NCBI GenBank assembly: GCA_965237905.1
Contig: OZ250172.1
Span: 1,088,001 to 1,152,000, forward strand
Direction: 5' to 3'
Length of the DNA: 64,000 nucleotides
Source: Nitrospinaceae bacterium
GTDB lineage: Bacteria > Nitrospinota > Nitrospinia > Nitrospinales > Nitrospinaceae
The stretch's first letter is position 1; every line of letters begins with the position of its first letter. This document shows positions 27,950 to 38,148 of this stretch, one piece after another. The notes below the pieces were generated by a model that saw only the letters and a program-made list of their open reading frames with translations, was not told the DNA's origin and did no database searches. The position numbers and the translations under genes are program-made.

Positions 27950-29054
27950 TTAAGCAGTGACATTCTCCTTTAACAAATACGCTTCGATGAAACGGCCCAG
28001 ATCGCCGTCCAATACCGCATCGACATTACCCATTTCAACGCCGGTCCGCAAATCCTTGGCCAAGCGGTAAGGGTGCAACACGTAGGACCGAATCTGGCTT
28101 CCCCATTCGATTTTCCGCTTCTCCTTTTCCTTGGCCTTTTTCTCTTCGTCTTTCTTTTCCATTTCCGCTTCGTAGAGGCGAGCCCGGAGGACCTTCATGG
28201 CCGACGCTTTGTTCTTGTGCTGGGATCGTTCGTTCTGACATTGCACCACAATTCCCGTCGGCTGGTGAGTGATGCGCACTGCAGAGTCGGTGGTGTTCAC
28301 GCCCTGACCTCCCGGACCGGAAGCACGGTAGACGTCTATTTTAAGATCATCGGGATTGATTTCCACTTCGACATCCTCCGCCACTTCGGGATACACAAAC
28401 ACCGAAGCAAAGGACGTGTGCCGCCGCTTGTTGGAATCGAACGGCGAAATGCGCACCAACCGATGCACCCCGATCTCCGCCTTCAGATACCCGTAGGCGT
28501 AATCGCCGATGAAGTTGACCGTGGCGCTTTTGATCCCGGCTTCCTCGCCGTACTGCATATCGAGCACTTCCGTTTTATATTCGTTACGCTCGCCCCAGCG
28601 GATGTACATACGCAACAGCATCTCCGCCCAGTCCTGCGATTCGGTACCTCCCGCGCCGGAATTGATGGCGAGGATTGCGTTGTTGCCGTCACTTTCACCG
28701 GAAAGCATGGCCTTCAGTTCCGCCGCCTCCAACTGCTTTTTCAGATTGGAGACAATCGCCTCGCATTCGCCCAGCAGGGAGTCGTCCTCTTCCTCGGCCA
28801 GCAAAGTCAGCGTGGCATCCAGGTCATCGTTTTCCTTGGCCAGATCTTTCCAGAGGTTGACGCTACGCTGAAGGGCGGAGCGTTTTTGGACGGATTTCTG
28901 GGCGGCCTCGTTGTCGTTCCAGAAATTGGGAGCGGCCACTTCTTTATCGAGTGCCTCAAGTTCCTTTAATTTATTATCGACGTCAAAGAAACCCCCGGAT
29001 GCGGTCGATGCGTTGGGTCATTTCCTGATGCTGTTTTTTCAACTCGTCAATCAT
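27950..29054 (-). CDS. prfB: Peptide chain release factor 2 (programmed +1 frameshift)
   Basis: SPF and GGQ motifs; ATG 29054 ORF reads to CGG GGG TTT CTT TGA C (28988-28982) and continues +1 as DVDNKLKELEALDKEVAAPNFW. Confidence 0.95.
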
Positions 29055-29111
29055 GAATCACTCCCTGACTAAAATGTTAACCGGTTGTAATCTTCCCCAG
29101 AAAATTCGAGG

Positions 29112-30014
29112 TCACTTCGAATTCCGAATCGGGTAGGGATGGTTAAAAAACGGATCGTTCCGATTGTTCCGCTGAACCGCCTTGAAAAATTCCGAGGTCT
29201 CGAAGTCATCCTTGAACACAAAGCCGCTGGGCTCGATCGAATTCCTGCTTTCGATCATATCCATATTTTCGAGCCAGGACAAGTTTCGTTGAACGTTTTC
29301 CGGCAAATTAGAAATATATTTCCGGAGTGTCTCCAGGGACGCGCCTTCATCCTTGAGAATCGCCACACAAACCGTCGCCACACGTTCCGCATCTTCAAAA
29401 AAAGAGACCCGCTGAAATACTTCATCCAGAGTTTTCCGGTCGCGCGGTTTCAACGCATTGCTTTTTCCGTACAGGTTGGTGACCAGAATACCCTCTGCCT
29501 TGAGAGACTGAGCGATCTCCCGGTAAAACTCGACGGTCTTTAAATGATACGGAACCGATCCGCCTTTAAAAGCGTCCAGGAACACCATGCCATATTTTTG
29601 GCCGCACTGTTTGACAAAGGCCCGTCCGTCGTCCTCGAAAACCCGCAGATGCTTGTTTTCTTTGAAACCGAAATAGCGCCGGGCCAGTTCCGTCACGCGA
29701 GCGTCCACTTCCACCACATCAATCTTGATGTCCGGGTACACCTCGTTCAAAAACCGGGGAAGTACACCGCCGCCCAACCCGATCATAAGTATCCGGGATG
29801 GGTCCGGGTTCCACATCAAAGGAGCGAGGAGCAGACGCGTATAGATCAGGGCCAGGTCACCCGGCCGATCCAGATCGATCCGGGTCTGCAGATAGAACCG
29901 GCCATTACTCTGGAACCACATTTCCCTCAGGTTTTTCCGTTCAATGACAAAAATATTATTAAAGGGAGACCGGGTTTGGGTCAAAATTTTAAGTTGCTGG
30001 GTTTCCGTGGTCAT
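29112..30014 (-). CDS. Spermidine-synthase-like SAM-dependent transferase
   Basis: ILMIGLGGG, VVEVD..V..LARRYF, DGRAFV, FLDAF, HLKTVEFY. Confidence 0.8.
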   Translation of the reverse strand: MTTETQQLKILTQTRSPFNNIFVIERKNLREMWFQSNGRFYLQTRIDLDRPGDLALIYTRLLLAPLMWNPDPSRILMIGLGGGVLPRFLNEVYPDIKIDVVEVDARVTELARRYFGFKENKHLRVFEDDGRAFVKQCGQKYGMVFLDAFKGGSVPYHLKTVEFYREIAQSLKAEGILVTNLYGKSNALKPRDRKTLDEVFQRVSFFEDAERVATVCVAILKDEGASLETLRKYISNLPENVQRNLSWLENMDMIESRNSIEPSGFVFKDDFETSEFFKAVQRNNRNDPFFNHPYPIRNSK

Positions 30015-30237
30015 AGTCCGCCTCTGGGACGGTCCGGAAGGGCTTCAAAAATAGCCCTGCCGTGCGCCTAATCAGCTGGTTTTGGCCAGCGAATACAAAA
30101 ATTTTTCAAACTGCCAACACTTATGATACCATGACCTTATTAGTCGATTTTTGATATTTCCCTGTAAATTCAAGTACCGGAGCCCTCTCCGGTGGTATTA
30201 AGTATCTTAAAACTTCTTCTGAGGATGGAGTCCTAGA

Positions 30238-31881
30238 ATGCCAAAAAGAGTCTTGAAACATAAAGTCGGGCTGGAGCACCACGGCATCAAAAACGTCAAG
30301 GAAATCTTCTGGAACCTGACCACCCCCGAATTATACGAACAAATTATAAGGAACCAGGAAGGAATTATTTCCCACCTGGGTCCTGTTTGCGTGAAAACCG
30401 GTGAGCACACCGGCCGCTCCCCTAACGATAAATTCATCGTTCAGGAGCCCACCAGCCAGGACAACATCTGGTGGGGCAAGGTCAATAAACCGTTTCCCGT
30501 CGATAAGTTTGACGCGCTGTATGCTCGCGTGCTGGCCTATATGCAGGGAAAGAATCTTTATGTGCAGGATTGCCTGGGCAGTTCCGATCCCAATTACCAG
30601 CTCCATATCCGCGTCATTACGGAATACGCCTGGCAGAGCCTGTTCGCCCGCAACATGTTTATCCAGATCAATGACCTGGAAAAACTGGAGAATCACACTC
30701 CGGCGTTCACCATTATTGGATTGCCTAATTTCAAAGCGGTTCCGGAAATCGACGGGACCAATTCCGAAACCTTCGTCATTGTGGATTTCAGCAAACAGCT
30801 GGTCCTGATCGGCGGTACCAAATACGCCGGGGAAATCAAAAAATCAGTTTTCTCCATTCTCAATTACCTGCTTCCCCACAAGCACAGTGTCCTGTCGATG
30901 CACTGCTCGGCCAATCTGGGGGACAAGGGAGACACCGCCATATTTTTCGGTCTGTCGGGAACGGGTAAAACCACCCTGTCGGCGGACTCCACCCGCAAAC
31001 TGATCGGCGACGACGAACACGGCTGGAGCGAAGACGGCGTGTTCAATTTCGAAGGCGGCTGTTACGCCAAGGTGATCAAGCTCCGCGAGGAAGCGGAACC
31101 GGAAATTTTTGATTGCACCCGGCGCTTCGGCACCCTTTTGGAAAACGTGGTGATGGACTACAACACGCGGCGGTTGGATCTGGACGATTCCAGTTTCACG
31201 GAAAACACCCGTGCGGGCTACCCGCTCACGCATATCAGCAACTCCGTGCCGGAGGGACGGGGCGGCCATCCCAACAATGTAATCATGCTGACCTGCGACG
31301 CCTACGGCATCATGCCGCCGGTAGCCAAGTTGACTCCCGAGCAGGCCATGTATCATTTCATTTCCGGCTACACCGCCAAGGTTGCCGGAACCGAACGGGG
31401 AATGAGCCGCGAACCGTCGGCCATTTTCAGCACCTGTTTCGGAGCGCCTTTCATGGCTCTGCATCCGTCGGTCTACGCCAACCTGCTGGGCGAAAGAATC
31501 GCAAAGCACAAGGTCGATTGCTGGCTGGTCAACACCGGCTGGACAGGCGGACCTTACGGCGTCGGCAACCGGATGGGGATCGCCCATACCCGCGCCATGA
31601 TCAATGCCATTCTGAACGGCGACCTGAAAAAAGTACAACTGAAAACGGACCCGATTTTCGGCCTGCAGGTTCCCGATTCCTGTCCCAATGTCCCTGAAGA
31701 AGTACTTGATCCCAGAGGCACTTGGAAAAATCCTAAAGCCTACGATGAAAAGGCCCAGGAGTTGGCGGCCCAGTTCATCGAAAACTTCAAGGAATACGAA
31801 GACAGTGTCGGGCCGGAAGTCATCGCGGCGGGACCGCAAATTCCCGCCGGCAAAAAAGCCGCAATCAAACAAATCAAGTAA
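30238..31881 (+). CDS. pckA: Phosphoenolpyruvate carboxykinase (ATP)
   Basis: TGRSPNDKF, YAGEIKKS, GLSGTGKTTLS, LIGDDEHGW, FNFEGGCYAK. Confidence 0.97.
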   Translation: MPKRVLKHKVGLEHHGIKNVKEIFWNLTTPELYEQIIRNQEGIISHLGPVCVKTGEHTGRSPNDKFIVQEPTSQDNIWWGKVNKPFPVDKFDALYARVLAYMQGKNLYVQDCLGSSDPNYQLHIRVITEYAWQSLFARNMFIQINDLEKLENHTPAFTIIGLPNFKAVPEIDGTNSETFVIVDFSKQLVLIGGTKYAGEIKKSVFSILNYLLPHKHSVLSMHCSANLGDKGDTAIFFGLSGTGKTTLSADSTRKLIGDDEHGWSEDGVFNFEGGCYAKVIKLREEAEPEIFDCTRRFGTLLENVVMDYNTRRLDLDDSSFTENTRAGYPLTHISNSVPEGRGGHPNNVIMLTCDAYGIMPPVAKLTPEQAMYHFISGYTAKVAGTERGMSREPSAIFSTCFGAPFMALHPSVYANLLGERIAKHKVDCWLVNTGWTGGPYGVGNRMGIAHTRAMINAILNGDLKKVQLKTDPIFGLQVPDSCPNVPEEVLDPRGTWKNPKAYDEKAQELAAQFIENFKEYEDSVGPEVIAAGPQIPAGKKAAIKQIK

Positions 31882-31962
31882 GCCCTCTACGGGTGGACTC
31901 CTGCCTGGAGGGGGAACGGGCTGACGGTTGAAGGCAAACGAAGACCACTGGGCGCAATACTG

Positions 31963-31993
31963 GGTTTTAAGTTATCAGCGGCGATTCGCCGCC
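31963..31993 (+). repeat. Short dispersed palindromic repeat, copy 1
   Basis: GGTTTTAAGTTATCAGCGGCGATTCGCCGCC; near-identical to 35971-36002. Confidence 0.7.
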
Positions 31994-32036
31994 ACCGGGC
32001 GTTGCCCGGCCAGCGTTACGCTGGGGGAATCATACT

Positions 32037-33035
32037 GTGGAAAACCGTCCACTCATTGCCATTACCATGGGTGACCCCTCAGGGATCGGCCCGGAAATTA
32101 TCGTCAAGGGATTGGCCACCCCGCCCGATATCTGCCGCACCGTCATCATCGGCGACGCCGCGTGGCTCCAGCAACACGCATCGCAATGGGCGCCGCAACT
32201 CTCGATCCGCCCCATCAAAGACCTCAGCGAAGCACGCCACGCCCCCGGCGTTCTTGATGTCCTGGACCTCCGCAACGTTCCTGAGAATCTGAAAATGGGC
32301 CGCGCCACCACTGAAGGAGGGAGAGCCGCCGTCGAATACATCCGCAAAGCGGTCGAGTTGGCGACAGGACATCAGGTGCACGCCATCACCACTGCCCCCA
32401 TCAACAAGGAAGCCATGCATCTGGCGGGATTCAAATATCCGGGGCACACTGAAATGCTGGCAGACTTCACGCGCACTCCGGAAGTCGCTTTGATGCTGGC
32501 AGGGGGAAGCCTGCGCGTGGTACTGGCCACCACCCACGTTCCCCTGAGTGAAGTGCGGAACCTTTTAACCCGCGACCGCATTCTGAAGACCATCCGGCTG
32601 ACCCATCAATGGCTGACGCAGGTGGGGATTGAGCACCCCAACCTCGCCGTGACCGGCCTCAATCCGCACAGTGGCGACGGCGGTATTTTCGGCGACGAAG
32701 AAACCGAGACGATTCTCCCGGCCATCGAAGCCGCTCAGAAAGAAAATATTGAAGTCACCGGTCCATTCTCCGCCGATGCCCTGTTCGGCAGGATTCATGA
32801 AGCCTCTTATGACGCGGTCATCACCATGTATCACGACCAAGGCATGATCCCGATCAAAATGGCATCGATGGACCGCGCGGTCAACATCACCCTGGGCCTG
32901 CCCATTATCCGCACCTCGGTAGATCATGGCACCGCGTTCGACATCGCCGGTCAGGGTATCGCCAAACCGGACAGCCTGCTGGAAGCGCTCAAGGTCGCCG
33001 CCACGCTCGCTCAATCTTCCCTTGTGTCCCCATGA
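32037..33035 (+). CDS. pdxA: 4-hydroxythreonine-4-phosphate dehydrogenase
   Basis: ITMGDPSGIGPE, PINK, GHTE, LNPHSG, MYHDQG, RTSVDHGTAFDIAG. Confidence 0.95.
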   Translation: MENRPLIAITMGDPSGIGPEIIVKGLATPPDICRTVIIGDAAWLQQHASQWAPQLSIRPIKDLSEARHAPGVLDVLDLRNVPENLKMGRATTEGGRAAVEYIRKAVELATGHQVHAITTAPINKEAMHLAGFKYPGHTEMLADFTRTPEVALMLAGGSLRVVLATTHVPLSEVRNLLTRDRILKTIRLTHQWLTQVGIEHPNLAVTGLNPHSGDGGIFGDEETETILPAIEAAQKENIEVTGPFSADALFGRIHEASYDAVITMYHDQGMIPIKMASMDRAVNITLGLPIIRTSVDHGTAFDIAGQGIAKPDSLLEALKVAATLAQSSLVSP

Positions 33036-33820
33036 GAAAAAAACAACCGCTCGGCCAGAATTTCCTGACCGATCCAGAAATCGCTTCCGAAATCGTCCGC
33101 CAGGCCCACATTCCGTCAGAGGGAAAAGTGGTGGAGATCGGCCCCGGCAAGGGAATCCTGACCCACCTCCTGCTGGAACAGGCCGGATCCCTGCTAGCTG
33201 TCGAAGTCGACCCCAGATTGTGCGGACTCCTGCACCGGCAGTTCGGCAAGCATCCCAAGTTCCAGCTGGTGGAAGCCAATGCCATGACCTACGACTACAG
33301 CGCCGCAGGGGATCGCTATCAAGTGGTGTCGAACCTGCCCTATTATGCCGCCATGCCCATCATGAAACGGCTGATCCATTACAAGGATCACATCGTGAAC
33401 ATGACGCTGATGCTCCAGAAAGAAGTGGTGGACCGCCTCGTCGCCCAGCCGGAGACCAAAGCCTACGGTTCGCTATCGGTATTCACTCAGTTTCACTGCC
33501 GGGTAGAGCGTCTTCTGGAAGTAAAAAGAGAGTCCTTCTTCCCGGCGCCCAAGGTGCATTCGTCGGTGATCCGGCTGACTCCCCTGCCGCAACCGCCGGT
33601 GTCTGTCGATAACCTCAAGACGTTCCATCATGTGGTGAACACGGCCTTTTTTCATAAACGGAAAATGCTGCGGAACAACCTGAAAGGTTTGAACAAGCCG
33701 TATCAAATTGATATAAAAAAAATAGAAGCCGCGGGCATTCCGCTGGACCGCCGGGGAGAAACCCTGACGCTGGCAGAATTCGCCGCACTCGCCAACCTGA
33801 TCGAAGCGAACCATGACTGA
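33032..33820 (+). CDS. rsmA: 16S rRNA m6,2A dimethyltransferase
   Basis: LGQNFL, EIGPGKG, VVSNLPY, MLQKEV, F.PAPKVHS. Confidence 0.95.
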   Translation: MRKKQPLGQNFLTDPEIASEIVRQAHIPSEGKVVEIGPGKGILTHLLLEQAGSLLAVEVDPRLCGLLHRQFGKHPKFQLVEANAMTYDYSAAGDRYQVVSNLPYYAAMPIMKRLIHYKDHIVNMTLMLQKEVVDRLVAQPETKAYGSLSVFTQFHCRVERLLEVKRESFFPAPKVHSSVIRLTPLPQPPVSVDNLKTFHHVVNTAFFHKRKMLRNNLKGLNKPYQIDIKKIEAAGIPLDRRGETLTLAEFAALANLIEANHD

Positions 33821-35345
33821 CCGCTCGCACACAACTGGGAAAGTCGCGCTGGTCGGTGCCGGGCCCGGAGACGAGGGCCTGCTGACCCTGCGGGGCAAAG
33901 AGTGGCTGGAACGGGCGGACGTCGTCATCTACGACCATCTGGCCAATGAACGGCTCCTGCGCTTCACCCAATCGGGAACGGAATTCATCTACGCCGGCAA
34001 AAAGGAAGGACGGGTCACGCTCTCCCAGGACCAGATCAATGGCCTATTGATCGAAAAAGCAAAGCTTGGCGAAATTGTCGTGCGGTTGAAAGGCGGCGAT
34101 CCGTTCATCTTCGGCCGGGGCGGCGAGGAAACCCAGGCCCTCTCGGAAGCAGGCATTCCTTTTGTTGTCGTGCCAGGAGTCACCTCCCCCATCGGTGTCG
34201 CGGCTTATGCGGGAATCCCGTTAACCCATCGCGACTTTTCTTCGACCCTCTCGATTATTACCGGGAGCAACGAAAAAGGTAAAGAAGATGCGCACATCGA
34301 CTGGGAGAAAATCGCCAGCCGTTCGGGTACCCTCATTTTTCTGATGGGCGCGCGCAAGCTGAAACACATCTCGGACAATCTGATGAAATACGGCAAAGAC
34401 CCCGACACGCCCATTGCGGTGATCCAGTGGGGCACGACCTACCGGCAGAAAACCTGGACGGGCACGTTGAACACCATCGTCGATATCGCCGCGAAGGAAA
34501 ATATCAAACCACCAGCGCTGACCATCGTCGGCGAAGTCGTCAATTTAAAACCACACACCGACTGGTACGAAACCCTGCCACTGTTCGGCAAGACCCTCAT
34601 TATCACCCGCCCGGAAGAGCAGTCGGAAGCTTTCATCCAAGGACTGTTGGAGCGCGGGGCCGAACCCCTTTTGTTTCCCGTTATCGAAACCGTGCCACCA
34701 AAGGATTGGAAACCGTTGGACCAGGCCATTCAAAAACTGGACAGTTACGATGGATTGATCTTCACCAGCGTCAACGGTGTTAAGTTTTTCATGCGGCGTC
34801 TCAAAGAAAAGGGAAAAGATGTGCGCGAGCTGAAAGGACTGCGGCTGTACGCCATCGGATCCAAAACTGAAAAGGCAATCAATACACTGGGCATCAACGT
34901 GGACGTCGTGCCGGAGGATTTCGTCGCCGAGTCGTTGATCGACAGCCTGGGGAAAGAAAACATCAAAGGAAAACGATTTTTACTACCCCGCGCCGCCGTG
35001 GCCCGCGAAACCCTGCCCGATCAATTGCGGGCACAGGGCGCCACCATCGATATCGCCCCCACCTACCGGACCGCCCGCCCGCAAACCAATACGCAGGAAT
35101 TGGTTCGCCGTTTAAAAGAGGAAAGCATTGACGCCGTCACCTTCACCTCCTCCTCCACCGTGACCCATTTCATGGAACTGATCGGTGAGAAACTCAAACC
35201 GCAACTTGCAAAAATTGCCGTCGCCTGTATCGGTCCCGTGACTGCCAAAACCGCCAAGAGCGCCGGATTGAGGATCGATATCATGGCCGAAGAATACACC
35301 GTCGACGGCCTGATCGCGGCGCTGGAAAAATATTTCGGCCGGTAG
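33813..35345 (+). CDS. cobA: Uroporphyrinogen-III C-methyltransferase / uroporphyrinogen-III synthase fusion (CobA-HemD)
   Basis: VGAGPGD, RLKGGDPFIFGRGGEE, GIPLTHR; HemD part ITRP, FTSVNGV, FTSSSTV, CIGPVT. Confidence 0.92.
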   Translation: MTDRSHTTGKVALVGAGPGDEGLLTLRGKEWLERADVVIYDHLANERLLRFTQSGTEFIYAGKKEGRVTLSQDQINGLLIEKAKLGEIVVRLKGGDPFIFGRGGEETQALSEAGIPFVVVPGVTSPIGVAAYAGIPLTHRDFSSTLSIITGSNEKGKEDAHIDWEKIASRSGTLIFLMGARKLKHISDNLMKYGKDPDTPIAVIQWGTTYRQKTWTGTLNTIVDIAAKENIKPPALTIVGEVVNLKPHTDWYETLPLFGKTLIITRPEEQSEAFIQGLLERGAEPLLFPVIETVPPKDWKPLDQAIQKLDSYDGLIFTSVNGVKFFMRRLKEKGKDVRELKGLRLYAIGSKTEKAINTLGINVDVVPEDFVAESLIDSLGKENIKGKRFLLPRAAVARETLPDQLRAQGATIDIAPTYRTARPQTNTQELVRRLKEESIDAVTFTSSSTVTHFMELIGEKLKPQLAKIAVACIGPVTAKTAKSAGLRIDIMAEEYTVDGLIAALEKYFGR

Positions 35346-35513
35346 CATCCTCCTTATAACCTATTATAAATTAATGCTTTGGTCTCCTTCGCAAAATCAG
35401 GATGTCTGGAAATATTTCAACCCCACAGTTTCCAAGCTCTTATAATTTTGTTTCAATCCTTAAAAAGGGTACAATTTCTTTCATCAATTGATATTCACCG
35501 AAGGCATTGCTTT

Positions 35514-35867
35514 ATGACCATGCGATCCATCCGCATCAGCCACATACTATTGACCACCGAAGAGTTGGCTGTGACGATCTATGACATGTTGAAAGAAATC
35601 GGCGACCAGGAACTGCTGTTCAAGACGTTCGGACGGCTGGCGAAAAAATACAGCGCCTGCGGAACCCGTGACAAGAACGGTGACCTCGGATTCCTTGAAT
35701 TCAACACCAACGCCAAGGAACTGGAAGACGCCGCCATGGAAGCCAGTCTTGGCGAGGTCTGCGGACCGATAAAAAGCAAATTCGGTTTCCATGTGTTCGT
35801 CATCACGGAGGAAGAGCAGATGGGTGATACAGGAATCGACGGCATTCACCAGGTCACACTCCGCTAA
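35514..35867 (+). CDS. ppiC: Small parvulin (PpiC-type PPIase)
   Basis: SHILL, F..LAKKYSAC...NGDLG, GPIKSKFGFHV. Confidence 0.8.
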   Translation: MTMRSIRISHILLTTEELAVTIYDMLKEIGDQELLFKTFGRLAKKYSACGTRDKNGDLGFLEFNTNAKELEDAAMEASLGEVCGPIKSKFGFHVFVITEEEQMGDTGIDGIHQVTLR

Positions 35868-35970
35868 CCGGCGTAGCCGCCGGAGGCAACTAGCTAACGG
35901 CCAGGCTGGCGCCTGGAAGCAATATCGCTGAGGCTGAATCCCCCGGTTGAAACGTTGTCTTCGCATCCAA

Positions 35971-36002
35971 GGCTTTTAAATTATCTGCGGCGATTCGCCG
36001 CC
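35971..36002 (+). repeat. Short dispersed palindromic repeat, copy 2
   Basis: GGCTTTTAAATTATCTGCGGCGATTCGCCGCC; near-identical to 31963-31993. Confidence 0.7.
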
Positions 36003-36009
36003 CAGTCTC

Positions 36010-37080
36010 ATGATTGAATCCATTTTAAAGAAAGCCCTTGAAGGCCAGCGCATCGACGGCGCCGAAGCGGTGCAGTTGTTTGCATGCACAGACATGAACC
36101 TGCTCGGCAACGTAGCGACGCGTCTTGCCCGAAAACGCCGGGAAACAGAAGACAACGTAGTCACCTACATCATCGACCGCAATATCAATTACACCAACGT
36201 CTGCGTCACCGACTGTTCGTTCTGCGCCTTTTACCGCCATGAAGGCCATGACGAAGCCTACGTCCTGCCGTTCGAAACCATCGCAAAGAAAATTGAAGAG
36301 ATGGTCGCCATCGGTGGGCGGCAGATTTTAATGCAGGGTGGGCATCACAAGGACCTGCGCATCGATTATTTCGAGGATCTGTTCAAGCGCATCAAAGAAC
36401 GGTTCGACGTTCACTTGCACGCTCTGTCTCCGCCAGAGATTGTCCACACCACCAAAATTTCCAAGATCCCGCTAAAGGAAACGCTGGAACGTTTAATCGC
36501 CGCAGGGCTGGATTCCATTCCCGGCGGGGGTGGAGAAATTCTGGTCGACCGCGTGCGCAAGATCATCAGTCCCAAAAAATGCTCTGCCGATCAATGGCTG
36601 GAAGTGATGGACCAGGCGCATCAACTGGGTCTCGCAACCACCGCCACCATGATGTACGGTCATGTGGAAACGCTGGAGGAACGCGTCGAACACCTTCTGC
36701 GCATCCGCGACCAGCAGGACAAGACCAGAGGATTCACCGCTTTCATTCCGTGGCCGTTTCAACCCGGACAAACGGAGCTGGCTAGCCGGATCAAACCGCA
36801 AGCCAACACGGGACTGGACTACCTGCGCACCCTCGCCATCTCCCGCATCGTGCTGGACAACATCGACAATATCCAGTCCTCGTGGGTCACGCAGGGACCG
36901 AAGATCGGCCAAATGGCTTTGTATTACGGCGCGAACGATATGGGAAGCGTGATGATGGAGGAAAACGTGGTGTCTGCGGCGGGCACTACTTATGATCTGG
37001 ACGAGAAGGAAATCTGCCGGTTGATTACCGACAGCGGCCACACGCCACAGAAACGGAACATGCGCTACGAGTTTGTCTGA
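36010..37080 (+). CDS. mqnC: Cyclic dehypoxanthinyl futalosine synthase (radical SAM, futalosine menaquinone pathway)
   Basis: YIIDRNINYTNVC...C.FCAFYR, IPGGGGEIL, QSSWVTQG, GS.MMEENVVSAAG. Confidence 0.88.
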   Translation: MIESILKKALEGQRIDGAEAVQLFACTDMNLLGNVATRLARKRRETEDNVVTYIIDRNINYTNVCVTDCSFCAFYRHEGHDEAYVLPFETIAKKIEEMVAIGGRQILMQGGHHKDLRIDYFEDLFKRIKERFDVHLHALSPPEIVHTTKISKIPLKETLERLIAAGLDSIPGGGGEILVDRVRKIISPKKCSADQWLEVMDQAHQLGLATTATMMYGHVETLEERVEHLLRIRDQQDKTRGFTAFIPWPFQPGQTELASRIKPQANTGLDYLRTLAISRIVLDNIDNIQSSWVTQGPKIGQMALYYGANDMGSVMMEENVVSAAGTTYDLDEKEICRLITDSGHTPQKRNMRYEFV

Positions 37081-37081
37081 T

Positions 37082-38146
37082 TCAGGTATACACGGGAGAT
37101 TTTTTGTACCAGCCGACGCCCCGGCGCATGAGGACGTTGATCACCGCCGCCGCCGGTACCGCAAGAAAGACACCGAGCAAGCCGAACAGTTCCGCACCCA
37201 CCAGCACCGCCAGCATGATCGCCACAGGATGCAGTCCGACTTGATCCCCCACTACGCGGGGAGTGATGACCATCCCCTCCAACATCTGCACTACACCAAA
37301 TACAGCGACCACACCCAGAACCGGACCTATCTCCTGAAATTGCAGAAAAGTCAGCACCGCCGCCGGTACAAACCCGAACACCAGGCCGAGGTAAGGAACG
37401 AGGTTGGCGTAACCGGCGAGGATTCCGATGAACAAACTCATTGGCGTTCCGCAGGCGAAGAGCCCGGCGCTGTACAAACCGGCCATCAGAGTGGCGACCA
37501 TCAACTGGCCCCGCACGAAGCGCGACAGGACGCGGTCGATTTCCTTGAAGATGTCGATGAACTGCTCGCGGATACGCGGCGGAACCAAATTCGCCACTTT
37601 GCCGTTGATGTGGTCGAAATCGCGCAGTAGATAAAACATGGCAACAGGAATAATGAACAGGTTGACAGCCACCAGAATCGCGCTGAACAAACCGGAAAGA
37701 GAGGACCACAGAAATTCCGTCAGGTTCCCGAGAAGCTGAAGGGGAAGCTCGCCCATCTTTTTCATTCCCTCATTAACGGCTTCCTGGATCTTACCCGGTT
37801 CCAACCACGCAATATTTTCGATTAAAGGACGTCCCCAATCCTGAAGCGTTTGCAGATAATTCGGAAGGTTGGCCGCGAGGTGTTCCATCTGCACACGAAA
37901 CAGCGGGACCAACACAGCGGTTCCCGCCAACGTCACCAGGAAAAACAAAGTCAGCAGAAGAATCACCGCCGGAGTGCGCGACAGTTTCCACTTTTCCATC
38001 TTGTCCACCAGGGGATCCAGCAGATAGGCCAGAGCGAAGGCGATGAAAAAAGGCGTCATCACCCGGCGCGCCAGATACAGAAATACCAACGCCACTCCTA
38101 GAGAAATCAGGAAGGTGATGAGCAGTCTCTTGTTTTTGGGGTCCAT
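37082..38146 (-). CDS. AI-2E family transporter (PerM-like)
   Basis: PFFIAFALAYLLDPLV, FVRGQL, VPYLG, VGLHPV, G.LGVFLAVP. Confidence 0.9.
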   Translation of the reverse strand: MDPKNKRLLITFLISLGVALVFLYLARRVMTPFFIAFALAYLLDPLVDKMEKWKLSRTPAVILLLTLFFLVTLAGTAVLVPLFRVQMEHLAANLPNYLQTLQDWGRPLIENIAWLEPGKIQEAVNEGMKKMGELPLQLLGNLTEFLWSSLSGLFSAILVAVNLFIIPVAMFYLLRDFDHINGKVANLVPPRIREQFIDIFKEIDRVLSRFVRGQLMVATLMAGLYSAGLFACGTPMSLFIGILAGYANLVPYLGLVFGFVPAAVLTFLQFQEIGPVLGVVAVFGVVQMLEGMVITPRVVGDQVGLHPVAIMLAVLVGAELFGLLGVFLAVPAAAVINVLMRRGVGWYKKSPVYT

Positions 38147-38148
38147 AG

